Assembly: GCF_006345805.1 (NCBI RefSeq)
Contig: NC_042999.1
Location: forward strand, 149,172,001 to 149,236,000
Direction of reading: 5' to 3'
Source of the DNA: Octopus sinensis
Taxonomy: Eukaryota
Length of the DNA: 64,000 nt
Shown here: in pieces, positions 43,701 to 53,154 of the stretch
Layout of the letters: the number at the start of each line of letters is the position of its first letter
Position numbering within the stretch: the first letter of the stretch is position 1
Notes under the pieces: generated by a model
What the model saw: only the letters and a program-made list of their open reading frames with translations
Database searches by the model: none
Told to the model about the DNA's origin: nothing
Position numbers and translations under genes: made by a program

Positions 43701-46294
43701 AAGGATGAAAGGCAAAGTCGACCTCGGCGGAATTTGAACTCAGAACGTAGCGGCAGACGAAATACTCCTAAGCGTTTCGCCCGGCGTGCTAACGTTTCTG
43801 CCAGCTCGCCGCCCTTCCAGTTTCCGTCAACTAATTTCACTCACAAGGTATTGGTGGATCCTCAGAAATAGTACAGGACACTGTGCAGTGGGACTGAACC
43901 CCTAACTCAATGGATTGAAGGTGAATATCTTATCCACACCATCATACCTGCACGTATAGTTATTTGTACGTAGAATATAATTACAAGAATTTAAGGAGAC
44001 TATTGATAGCCTGTGTCTATCAATGCAAGTCAATACAAAGAATAGAAAAAAACAAATTAAGAAGATAAATGATGTGTCAGTTAGTTTGCCTTGATATAAT
44101 ATCTACCATTTCAAAGGAAAAAAACGTCCTTCATTGGTGGCGTATACACTATCTCTTGCTGATAAAGATATTGTCTCAGCTGCTGATAAACTAGTAAAAC
44201 CACATAATTTACATGAACTGTATTAAAAAGCAGAGCTGTGTTTTGTCCTCCATATAACTGAAACATTTTTGTGAGGCTACACAGCCTTATTGTTGTTTAG
44301 CTCCAGGCCAGCACTGGTTAAGTAAACCTATGATCAAAGCATTCCAACCATGACTATCCTGTCATTTGCCTAAGCAATGCTGCCCTTTAAGACTATATTA
44401 TCCAATAAATTCCCTTTTTTAAGATGGTAATGTTTGACTGGAAGGAGATTTGGTTGCTATTTCTAGCAGGTCTAACTATCACAGAGAGACTCCTGCATAG
44501 TTGTACTATAGATTACCATTATACGATGCTGACTATGGAATATTTAAATATTATTTGAAATATATTTCTGGTATTTTAATATGTTGGTTGTAGTGATAAG
44601 TTTCCAAAATTCACACAGTCCTCCAGTGGATCATCTCATTATTTGTCTAAGAGCCCTTTGGGAGCTGGCATGCCATGATTGATTAAATATGTGATCATGG
44701 TACACTAGAACAATATTCATTTTTTGGGGGTTTAAAAAATATTTTTCCTTTTTCTTTTGACCTTCACATTTAAATCATTCTGAACTTCACCATGTAAAAG
44801 GGATAAGCTAAAAGATTAGGTAGACTGAAAATAACTATTAAAGATATATGGAATACAGAGAATTTCAGATTTGACACTGTTGGAGTTACTGACACTATGA
44901 GAATTGGGAGAACCAGGTAAAAACCAGCTTAAACAGGAAATAAATCAGCCAATCAGAATAGAGATTTCTCATCATTGCAGTATCGGTTTGTTTACAAACG
45001 TCTGCTCAGAGATAAGGTGTTCTTTGGAATAATTTTAATCAATTTTAATCAGGTGCATCTGGAGAGGAAATGCAAAAGTGTAGGATGTTCGCATCTGCAG
45101 AGATACTGCAGGAATTAGATAGACAGTTCTGATGAGGATGAATTAGAATTCAACAAATTTATCCCAAAGATGATTTAGAATCAGTTGATAAGTATGGAAG
45201 TTTTGAAGTTGAAGACAAAACAAGAGGTGTTATTCATGTTTCACAAACTGGAAGCAATATTACTGCAATAAAAGAAAGACTGGCAACACATCAAAATGTA
45301 ATACTGGAATTAGACAGAAGACGTGTCAAGTTTAAATAAGAACCTAAGTTTTTATGCTTCTGTTAAGTTATTTTCAATAAATCCTTTTCTATTTGCAGAA
45401 TGTGTGTTTTAAATAGCATTGGCTGTGATGCTCAAGTCCAAATGTAGGTTAAATTCCCAGGTAATCGCAATAGGCTTTAATGTAGCTTGTAGTGTTCCTC
45501 ATGGCTCTATTGCAGGAAATATTGCCCTAAGATTTAGTGCACAAAACCTTTGATCCTCATTTAATAAAAAAACAAAACAAAAACAGTGGCTATTTCTCAA
45601 AGAATATTTGGTTGTTACATAATGTGGGTAAACTAACTATAAAACTACTACTTTGGTTTATTAGTTTATTGTTAAACAATGCGAGCAATAATCACTTTAG
45701 ACCTTTCAGCAAGATATAATTTGATCCCTCTGCTGTATATGAAATTAGTAAAGCATTGCCTTTGAGCTGTCAACTCAATATGAGATTATGATTTCAGTTA
45801 ATTATTACATACGGTGAAATTTTAGCTACTAGTTGCAAGCGAACACAAATCTTCTCTTTCTGCTGTCTAGTGTTGTCTTATAATTCAAGTGACTTTTACA
45901 TCACAGCTACATATAATTAGTATTTTAATCATGACAATGCCGGTTTTATGAGAAAAATACTTGTTTGTGACTTTCTCCTTATTAAAATATTCCATCCTCA
46001 TTCATAATGCAAAATGAAGATGTAAAAGAGAAAGAAGAGAAAGGAAAACAGAAGGACAAGGTCAGTAAATAATTATGTAGTGAGAAATGGTGATGGTTGT
46101 TAGGTGAAATATTTCTATGGAAATTATGCGGTACATGTTGTTGTTGTTTGGCTTAGTCTGATAACAATAGGATGCTGTCACAATACTAAAGAAGTCAAAA
46201 GATATGACTCTTTGTTAATTTGTCATATCTCTCAGCCAGCATACACCTGGTATTACAGGGCACAGAAACACCACTCTCCATATTAAACAACACC

Positions 46295-46326
<32 letters not shown>

Positions 46327-46941
46327 GAAATATGTAATCTTCAAATGGAGATAACACCTGCTTGACAAAGCCAACACACACAAACAAATTAATCATTCCA
46401 TAACTGTTGATTTATGTTAAATAACAGCATAGTTTGCATTCCGGCAGGTGAGCTACAGAAACAAAGAAGATAACAAAAAAAAAACCAAAACAAAACAAAA
46501 AAATTCAAGGAGAAGATCTGATGAATACATTCTTCCCATGAGACTGAAGTGTGGAAAAAAAAAAAAAAAAAGACAGAGATTGTTTACATTTTTAGTTTAC
46601 TCACAGTAAGGCTCAAATGGTGTTGTGCATAAAATGCACATTGTTTAATCAATGTGTCATAAAAAGTACAAATATGCAAATTAGGCTATTCATTAATGTA
46701 CTAGCCTCATTCATGACTATTTTTTATAACAGCTGTCTGTGTTATGGATTAGGGAGGGAAGCTGGCTATGTATTCTGAGGAGTAGTTAACAAATAGTGAA
46801 ACAGTCCATTAGGAGACTCCCTCCCTGTTTTTTGTGCATCAATAATACAGAAAGAATTTATTTACATTTTTAGTTTATCACAGTGAGGTTGTGTAATATT
46901 TAAATTTATTCCAGTTCTTTAGATTCACACTGTTTGCATTA

Positions 46942-46999
<58 letters not shown>

Positions 47000-49900
47000 T
47001 GCGACTGTGATCATGTGACTGACCAGGCTATCAGATGTTGTGCATTTGCCTTGTTTTAGACTTCAAATGATGCCACCCTGCTGGGTAGGTGAGCAGGCCA
47101 ACATGCCACCTCCTTGATTGAAAGGGAGTATTGGAACAACATGAAATGAAGTGCTTTGCTCAAGAACACGTGTTGCCCACTCAGGGAATTGAACCTATGA
47201 TCTAGCTATCGTGAGAACAACAGCTTAACCACTAGGCCATGAGCCTTCATGCACATATTTATATATATATATACACACACGTGTGTATGCATGTAAGAGA
47301 AGAAACCTGTTGCATATGTATGTATTCACACACACACATACACGTGTGTATGTGCATGTGTAAGAGAAGAAACCTGTTGCATATGTATGTATACACACTC
47401 ACACGTCTGTGTGTGTGTGCACATGAATGCATGTAGGTCTGTATATAGGATGGTACAGTTTCCATTTGCCAAATTCCATTTACAAGGTATTTGTCAATAT
47501 TCAAAATTACAGTATAAGCCACTTGTCCAAGGTGTGACACTATGGGATTGAACATGAAACCATACTGTTGCAAAGCAAATTGTTTATTGTCACAGCCATG
47601 TCCACACTAGTGTAGCTAGAGTGTGTGCTGCCCAGGGCAGCCCTTCTGTTTGCTGCTTCTTCTTCTTTCTTTATGCCTTTAACCCTCCAATGCGGACTAT
47701 AGGCCACTTATAGTTGAATTCCATGTCACATAATTTTTGGCTTCTGTACTTATACTCTGGCATGAATGTCCCCCTTTCTCTAGTTCCTTTTGTGTTGATC
47801 TAAGCCACGAGTTCTTAGGCCTACCTCTCTTTCTATATCCATCCGGTTTCCACTAGAAAGCACTTTTCGCTACATTTGGTGTGTCTTTTCTAATAGCACT
47901 ACCAATCCATTTCCACTTTTTCTTAAATATTTGCTCCCTAATCGAAACTTGATTTGTTCTTTGCCATAGCTCCATATTGCTTATGTGTTTGGGCCATCTA
48001 ATTTTAATACACTACGCAAGCATCAGTTGATGAATGATTGTATTTGCTTGTTTGACTTAACTGTTGTTTGCCATGTCTCAGCCCCATACAATAATACTGC
48101 TTTTACGTTAGTGTTAAAAATTCTTATTTTGTTCTTTTTTGCTGCCCCTGGACCCTGCAAAAAACACATATTGCCTACAACAGACTCAAAAGTGCTACCA
48201 ACTTAAAAGTGCCACCCTGGGGCGGACCACCCCCACCCAAGCTACGCTAGTGTGTGTTCACATTTATTTCTTGACAAGATGAGTCAAATAAACATTTCTC
48301 TGTTATGACTTGAATCTAACATGTTTTACCTGTCAGTTGTAACACTTTTTTTAAATCCAAACATTCGAGAACATTTTGGTTTACTTTGTCTCAGACAGAA
48401 ACTAGTCGTTAGCATTTAGTAAAAGAAAAATAAACCCAGTACAGTTCAGTTCATCTATCTGTTTGGCTGTAACAAAATAGCACCATGATCGTATTAACCT
48501 GTTTGTTACTATATTTCTGTTGGAATACACAGCCTTTGTGACAATTCATTTTGAAAATAATGAAGATTCTAGTAAAATACTATTATTATTAAACTGGTGT
48601 TTAGAATATAATTTAATATGAAATTTTTATAGGAGGTTTTGATTTAGATCAATTTAAAACAAACACATTACATCATAGAACCAGGGACAGTCTTGGGAAG
48701 GTTGTAAAACTTTCTAAGTCAAACAAGAATCCATGGCAACTGTATCACACAAAATATGAAGTATTAAAACTTCAAAAAATGAAATAAATTATAATTGCTA
48801 TGAAGAAGAGGATAAATCCTGCCAGAAATATTAGACTTTTCTCCTAATTCTCCCACTCTTTTTCTACTGCCCCTTCTATTTTTTATTTCACAGTAAAATG
48901 ATTTATTCCATTTTATAATAATAATAATGAAATTATTGTATACAGTGCTCAGGTGCACCACAACTTGTCAAAGGTGCGTATAAAGCATATGCAGTAATGT
49001 ACAAATGTCTGGAAAGTGAACAGTGTATAAGTCAGATACATGCTTGCGTGTGTATAGAGAGGAGAAAATCAGGTGTAGTGTTGGTGAATCTTAGGAAGCA
49101 TGGAAGTTTTGAGGGATGCAGTGCTCCGACAACCAACAACGGATGCCGGCAGTTTGTTCCATACTTCAGCAACTCTTAGCGTGAAAAAATGTTTCCGAAA
49201 GTCATGCAAAACTTTCTGTAAAAGTTTCTAAACTAATAAGGAATAAGCAATTAAGTGAAACTGGAAGACATGGTGGATCAAAATTATATAAAAACTGAAC
49301 CAGACTCACTCACTCCAGAGTCAATAAATCATTAACTTTGTCTAATTAATGATTTAATTATCAATTAAATCATTAACTGGCAAGAATTTAGAGAAAAGAA
49401 GGGGAGAGGGAAAAATAAAGTCATGAACTAGTACAGTATTTAAAGGAATTAAATTCCTTCTTATTTAGAATGGAAACAAAAAAGGTAGAACATGTATTGA
49501 TTGTCTGATTCTATAACAGCCAATCAAGGATTAGTGTCAAAATTTATTCTTAGCAGCAGAAAATACCTAAAACTGTTGCAGTCTTGTACAAACAAGGTAA
49601 ATTTGAGTTATATTAATCAGTCATTGTAAAGTGCTGGTGTTTCAGACAGCTGAAGATAGCTAGAAGTGTGTGAAGACTGAATAATTTTATTTTTAGTATC
49701 AGGAGCTAATTGAAACAAGTAGAGATCAACAGAAAACAGTGGTTAAGTGTCATATTAATGAGACATATGAAATCTTGGTATTTCAAGCTGCTAACATTGG
49801 CATAAAACAAGAAGAAATAGTTTAATGAAAACTTGAATGTCCCATGGCTGCCAGTAGGTCTAATATGTATGTTGACATAGGTAGGATTCATAGGCTAATA

Positions 49901-52900
49901 ATAGGCATGCAGAATAATTTATAGGCTAATAATAGGCACATATTCATTTGAATAGGAAAATAAGTGACAGGCAAATGGTTGGAAATGAATGATGCTACAT
50001 GTATGAGGGGTTACACCCTTTTACAATAACGGCACAAAGTCAAGACAAGAAAACACACAGACACACACACACCGAACTTCTTTCAGTTTTCATCTATTGT
50101 ACCCACAAAGCATTGGTTAACCAGGGGCTATAATAGAAGACACTTGCCCAAGGTGCCACATAGTGGGACAGAACCTGGAATTACACAGTTGGGAAGTGAA
50201 CTTAACTGCATCAGGATTCTATACCAGGTTTAACAATATAAAATTATCTTTTGAAATGCAACCATGTGAGATGGCAGTTAATTTCAACAAAGCCTTCCAA
50301 CATAAAAAAATTTTTTCACCACTGTCATGGGGACTCCCTCATTGACTTGTCTCTCTGAAGGTGATAAACTATGTACCAGCTATACTCTGAGGTTGAGTCA
50401 ATAGACTCAATTCTTCCTCAAAAAATGTGATCTAGTAACATCAGTATGGTGGAATAGTAGATGATGACGATGATGATGGTGCCATTTAAAACGAAGCTGT
50501 TCTGGTGCCATGTAAAAAAAAAAAAAAGCACCTGTGTTTTTTACATAATAAAAATGAATGTCTTCAATGAAGAAATATCGTGAGTTGACAGCGAAGAGTA
50601 GTTGTGGTAGAATCAAATGTGGGGAAAAGTTGGAAATTCAGAACCAGAAATGTTGGATCCCCACACATGATATGGTGCCAGATGAAACCAACAATAAATA
50701 TTCTTGCATTACAGACTCATTCAGTCTATGCAAACATGGGAGAAATATGGAGATAACGAAGAAGAAAACTGAAGAAAAGAAATACTGACAACTTGTCAAG
50801 GACTCATGTTCTTAGAAATGTTTTAATCCTTTAACCCTTTCGTTACCAATCCAGCTGAAACTGGCTTTGGCTCTACAAACAAATATCTTGTTTTTGTAAG
50901 TTTTGAATAAAAATCTTCCACCAAACATTAGTCATGATTTATGTTCCTAACACTAGATTAAAGATAACTAAGTTATTTTACTAAATTCTTTGTTATATTT
51001 AAAATTAATTGAAAGAAACACAGAGTATCTCAACAGAAATATAGTAACAAAAGGGTTAAAATATATAATAGAGAAACTAATCTTAACCCTTTCGATACCA
51101 ACTTGGCTGAAACCACTTCTGATTCTGTAGTACAAATGTCTTGTTTTCATAAGTTTTAAATTAAAATCTTCCACCAGACCTTAGTCACAATTTATGTTCC
51201 TAACACTAGCTGAATGATAACTAAGTTATTTTACTAAATTCTTTGTTATATTTAAAATTAATTGAAAGAAACACAGAACATCCCAAAATAAATACAGTAA
51301 TGAAAGGGTTAACATTTAAACTTGCTATATCTGGCCCAAAATATTCTACTTGTTTTATGATCAAACTGGCTAGATCTAGCTCTTCATGCTTAACCTACAA
51401 TGCCATTATAGAAATAAACAATTACATCATCGAAATATCTTAGCTATGAGATTATGCATGATAATTCAAAACAATATGAAGAAATAACTACTACATTTGA
51501 CTAAAAGACTAATCTGGATGCTAAACGATTGATGATAGTCTCTTCACTCACCAATTTCCCTAAGTGACATAAACTATTTTCCCATCTCTAAAACCCAGCC
51601 TTTACTCTGCCATCACAAGATTTTTTCCACAAGATTATCTGAATACTAATTAATCTGCTCTATAGCATCATGCAGCATAACAATCTCTTTTCTTTGCATT
51701 CTCTGGCACTTCATCAACTGGCCAGAGCTCTGCCAAGTCTATAATGACTGACCTTATTAGTAAATGTGCATCTCATTTGATTTTATCTGAGACAGCTAAT
51801 CGATGAGCAGCCACCATGAGGTTGCTCAAACAGCTAAAAATAATAGCTGATTCTCTCTGTTATCTTAAAAAAAGAAGGACACAGTGAGTAATGCAGTCCT
51901 AGAAACTTTAATTTAATCACTTTAAAGCATGAAGTCTATATTAAAATCAGGGGCAATCTCAGGTAAATATAAAAAAATATAACCCTTGGTCTACTCAGTC
52001 AGGGTTGATTTGGGACCAAACAACAACAACAATAATCAATAGCATTCTGATATGTATGTCTTTCTATATTTTTTACACAACCGAATCTTCCCATCTACAT
52101 ACATACGAAGTAACCATCCAGAAAGTAAAGAATGTCTCTAGGAGAAGGCTAACTCGTATATAAAAGTTACTGTTTTACTGAGCCAGGTATGTTGCACTCT
52201 GGGTTTCAGGGTATTGTTAGTGAGAGTCATTGTTGAGTTGTGCAAACTGCACTTGACTTAAAACTCTTGCATGGATAGTGCTGACACCTGTTAGTGATGG
52301 TCATGCTCATCAAACGAATAGATAGCCATTATATATATATATATATATATATTACAAATCAAATGGAAATTGTAGTTGTGATACCTGTGCTGGTGGCATG
52401 TAAAAAAACACCATCTGAACGTGGTCAATGCCAGTGCCACCTTGACTGGTTTCTGTGCCGGTGGCATGTAAAAAGCACCAACCGATCATGGCTGTTGCCA
52501 GCCTCCCCTGGCACCTGTGCCGGTGGCACATAAAAAGCACCCACTACACTCATGGAGTGGTTGGCGTTAGGAAGGGCATCTAGCTGTAGAAACACTGCCA
52601 GATCAGATGAGCCTGGTGTAGCCCCCTGGCTTCCCAAACCCCAGTTGAACCATCCAACCCATGCTAGCATGGAAAACAGACGTTAAACGATGATGATGAT
52701 GATATACACACATACACCCCCCACATACATACATGATGGGCTCCTTTCAGTTTCTGTCAATCAAATCTAATCACAAGGTCTTGGTCAACCTGCATCTATA
52801 AAAGAAGACACTCATGCAGAGGGACTGAATTTAAAATTGAGAAGCAAACTTCTGAATCCTACAACTGTCCCTGCACCTACAAGTAACTTTCAAGGTTGAG

Positions 52901-53154
52901 AAAATATAATTAGAAATACCTTAAATTTAAATAGTGATAACAAATAATAAACCCATGTAAAAGAAATTGATATAAAGAATGATAGTATTGTGATTCCTTA
53001 TATGGACACTTACAGAAGCATTTCTCACAATGTCTCTCCAGCTATTCTCAATAAGAGATGGCGGCAAGCCAACGACGTCCTCAGAGTTCACAGATGGCAG
53101 CCTCTGGACATAATGTTTCAGTATATCATACATCTGCTCGAGTTTATCTTTGTC
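14295..53154 (-). CDS. PLEKHG5: Spliced DH-PH Rho guanine nucleotide exchange factor, PLEKHG5/Syx-like; 5'-partial, 12 coding exons, 706 aa visible
   Basis: Exons 53014-53154, 42343-42438, 38719-38775, 37187-37336, 32859-32969, 29342-29494, 26148-26285, 23210-23329, 21669-21801, 18304-18416, 15427-16325 and 14295-14304 join in one open frame with GT-AG ends. Motifs QQEVIWELLSTEITYI (DH helix 1), LFSNI, PMQRLTRYSLLL (DH CR3) and YLFTDLLLICK (PH) are present. The C-terminus LLLNSSNESEV resembles the vertebrate PLEKHG5 end LLLNSTLTASEV as I recall it. Confidence 0.9.
15427..16325 (-). CDS. PLEKHG5: RhoGEF large Ser/Thr/Glu-rich C-terminal exon (DLYNEANQ...KKYLLLNSSNES)
   Basis: Longest ORF in the window (299 aa in the track); acceptor ttttttcag, donor gtaagt in phase 2. 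Confidence 0.9.
16578..16941. mobile_element. Fold-back non-autonomous DNA transposon with long TIRs and 8-bp TSD (Merlin- or Mutator-like)
   Basis: GGCAG...CTGCC ends; imperfect arms >100 bp; AAATCTTT at 16570-16577 and 16942-16949. Confidence 0.8.
18304..18416 (-). CDS. PLEKHG5: RhoGEF exon, PH end (GSILVIQTNDYIVPIMAFILHAD...HIYKAK)
   Basis: Acceptor aatttcag, donor gtaaag; 113 nt, phase 1/0, restoring the frame. Confidence 0.9.
20981..21535 (-). mobile_element. Family C retroelement (SINE-like, RTE-type 3' end with (GAT)n tail)
   Basis: Shared GGATGCCCTTCCTAA core and CATCAT tail. Copies at about 1800-2050, 15100-15330, 23375-23530, 24331-24738, 34775-34975, 39856-40130, 40240-40415, 52385-52703, 54420-54750, 60785-60870. 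Confidence 0.78.
21669..21801 (-). CDS. PLEKHG5: RhoGEF exon, PH (QDVECYLFTDLLLICKLKK...LEELKDK)
   Basis: Acceptor ccctgtag, donor gtaaat; 133 nt, phase 0/1; LFTDLLL PH motif. Confidence 0.93.
22627..22717 (+). mobile_element. 91-bp retroelement 3'-end fragment embedded in (AAT)n
   Basis: Two differences from 35047-35137; AATAAA near the 3' end; trinucleotide tails. Confidence 0.7.
23210..23329 (-). CDS. PLEKHG5: RhoGEF exon, PH start (LLNNYNQKFKLTSQMPNC...SRYLLHHCSMKFKDSTVR)
   Basis: Acceptor attttcag, donor gtaaaa; 120 nt, phase 0/0. Confidence 0.88.
23771..23806 (-). ncRNA. Degenerate minimal hammerhead-like motif within a probable Penelope-type 3' repeat (about 23690-23940)
   Basis: Minus strand CUUU-CUGUUGA-A-GAGC(AUAG)GCUC-AAAA-CGU-A-AAAG: helix I CUUU/AAAG, 4-bp helix II, palindromic ACGU, GUA site; core deviates at A6 (U) and G12 (A). 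Confidence 0.45.
24490..24740. repeat. Tandem ~64-bp units inside a family C element
   Basis: About four copies of GGTGCTTTTTATGTGCCA..GCA.GG.AGCCAGTCAG..GGCACTGGCA. Confidence 0.8.
25447..25864 (-). mobile_element. SINE family A, full length, with expanded internal (TA)n
   Basis: Colinear with 7403-7784; (TA)n at about 25651-25701. Confidence 0.87.
26148..26285 (-). CDS. PLEKHG5: RhoGEF exon, DH helix 6 and linker (IQTVEKFVSDVNLIV...NEECVK)
   Basis: Acceptor ttactag, donor gtaatt; 138 nt, phase 0/0. Confidence 0.9.
28550..28725. mobile_element. piggyBac-type MITE, family P2
   Basis: TTAACCCTTTTGCATTTAAAC ... CTGAAGGGTTAA; homologous to the ends of 31097-31679. Confidence 0.78.
28759..28952. 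repeat. Inverted repeat, 81-bp arms with 4 mismatches and 32-nt spacer
   Basis: 28759-28839 versus 28872-28952, compared directly. Confidence 0.85.
29342..29494 (-). CDS. PLEKHG5: RhoGEF exon, DH CR3 (WAESNTNLCKRLRLIDIIITPMQRLTRYSLLL...LEIM)
   Basis: Acceptor cattgcag, donor gtaact; 153 nt; P.QRLTRY.LLL motif. Confidence 0.95.
29519..29558. repeat. (AG)n microsatellite; (CT)n on the gene strand, just upstream of an acceptor. Many other (TA)n, (CA)n, (AAT)n and (CAT)n tracts occur across the window
   Basis: Direct reading. Confidence 0.95.
29905..30240 (+). mobile_element. RLE-type non-LTR element 3' remnant with tandem-repeat tail
   Basis: FKFIPVIIGVLG...LEKLGF...LQIQSISGTVKICKAF*, followed by three copies of a ~24-bp ATGAGCATGTCTAGACATGCAAC unit (about 30170-30238). 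Confidence 0.65.
31097..31679. mobile_element. P2 MITE interrupted by a Helentron/HINE-like element (about 31271-31632)
   Basis: MITE ends TTAACTCTTTAGCATT / AATGCTAAAGGGTTAA; insert has subterminal IR ACCTCCACC (31295) / GGTGGAGGT (31621) and a terminal hairpin; second copy at 62030-62177. Confidence 0.68.
32859..32969 (-). CDS. PLEKHG5: RhoGEF exon, DH (FPELMKPYQRFCADQ...YFKNFVA)
   Basis: Acceptor ccttcag, donor gtaagt; 111 nt; Y..FC motif of DH CR2. Confidence 0.93.
35201..35489 (+). mobile_element. Restriction-like endonuclease (R4/Dong-type) non-LTR element 3' remnant
   Basis: CLIIDVAVPGD..KEREKVDKY...KVIPIVIRGLG...LQKSALLGTARI; one stop and one frameshift; begins right after an (AAC)n tract. 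Confidence 0.75.
36209..36807. mobile_element. Long fold-back element (278-bp arms, 43-nt spacer with telomere-like repeats)
   Basis: 36209-36486 is an imperfect reverse complement of 36530-36807; spacer contains ACCCTAAAACCCTAACCTAAAACC. Confidence 0.82.
37187..37336 (-). CDS. PLEKHG5: RhoGEF exon, DH (IDIEMLFSNIVEVFAANSKFW...LLKDGFTK)
   Basis: Acceptor tttttcag, donor gtaatt; 150 nt; LFSNI motif. Confidence 0.93.
38719..38775 (-). CDS. PLEKHG5: RhoGEF exon, DH (RFRSCLQAVQKELPGVMKE)
   Basis: Acceptor aatttcag, donor gtaaat; 57 nt, phase 0/0; fills the gap between flanking DH exons. Confidence 0.85.
38836..39105. mobile_element. hAT-like MITE
   Basis: TIR CAGTGGTGGA / TCCACCACTG; CTCATG directly repeated on both flanks. 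Confidence 0.7.
39381..39608. mobile_element. piggyBac-type MITE, family P1
   Basis: TTAA-CCCTTTCGTTACC ... GGTAACGAAAGGG-TTAA; homologous to 50831-51059 and 51083-51312 in opposite orientation. Confidence 0.88.
42343..42438 (-). CDS. PLEKHG5: RhoGEF exon, DH start (DLPKETQSQQEVIWELLSTEITYIESLQVITT)
   Basis: Acceptor ctttttag, donor gtaagt; 96 nt; conserved DH CR1 motif; absent from the supplied ORF track. Confidence 0.93.
42466..43019 (+). mobile_element. piggyBac-like element end remnant
   Basis: TTAACCCTTTT..GGTACATATTTGTACC terminus; 42733-43019 is duplicated at 45363-45632. Confidence 0.5.
43585..43814 (-). mobile_element. tRNA-like SINE, family B
   Basis: Minus head GGCGAGCTGGCAGAAACG...GAGTTCAAATTCC. 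Other copies at about 5420-5620, 8905-9030, 20456-20670, 26332-26460, 26465-26757, 41835-42060, 43035-43250, 63279-63488. Confidence 0.82.
47605..48252. mobile_element. Small TIR element (CACTAGTGTAGCT / AGCTACGCTAGTG) split by an RTE fragment
   Basis: 13-bp TIR with 1 mismatch enclosing the RTE remnant; flanks CATGTCCA / TGTGTTCA differ only by transitions. Confidence 0.55.
47695..48130 (-). mobile_element. Degenerate RTE-clade LINE 3' fragment
   Basis: Minus strand KIRIFNTNVKAVLLYGAETW...CLRSVL, then after a frameshift KKWKWIGSAIRKD...RKRGRPKNSW. Confidence 0.82.
48914..49206 (-). mobile_element. CR1/L2-type LINE 3' end with (ATT)n tail
   Basis: Minus strand HDFRKHFFTLRVAEVWNKLPASVV; the same tail sequence recurs at about 59790-59832. 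Confidence 0.75.
50831..51312. mobile_element. Two tandem piggyBac-type MITEs (P1: 50831-51059, 51083-51312), followed by a P2 remnant to about 51530
   Basis: Each copy is bounded by TTAACCCTTT ... AAAGGGTTAA. Confidence 0.87.
53014..53154 (-). CDS. PLEKHG5: RhoGEF exon, pre-DH (DKDKLEQMYDILKHYVQRLP...ENSWRDIVRNAS), phase 0/0
   Basis: Acceptor ttttacag, donor gtaagt; 141 nt = 47 codons; continues in frame into the DLPKE exon. Confidence 0.88.
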
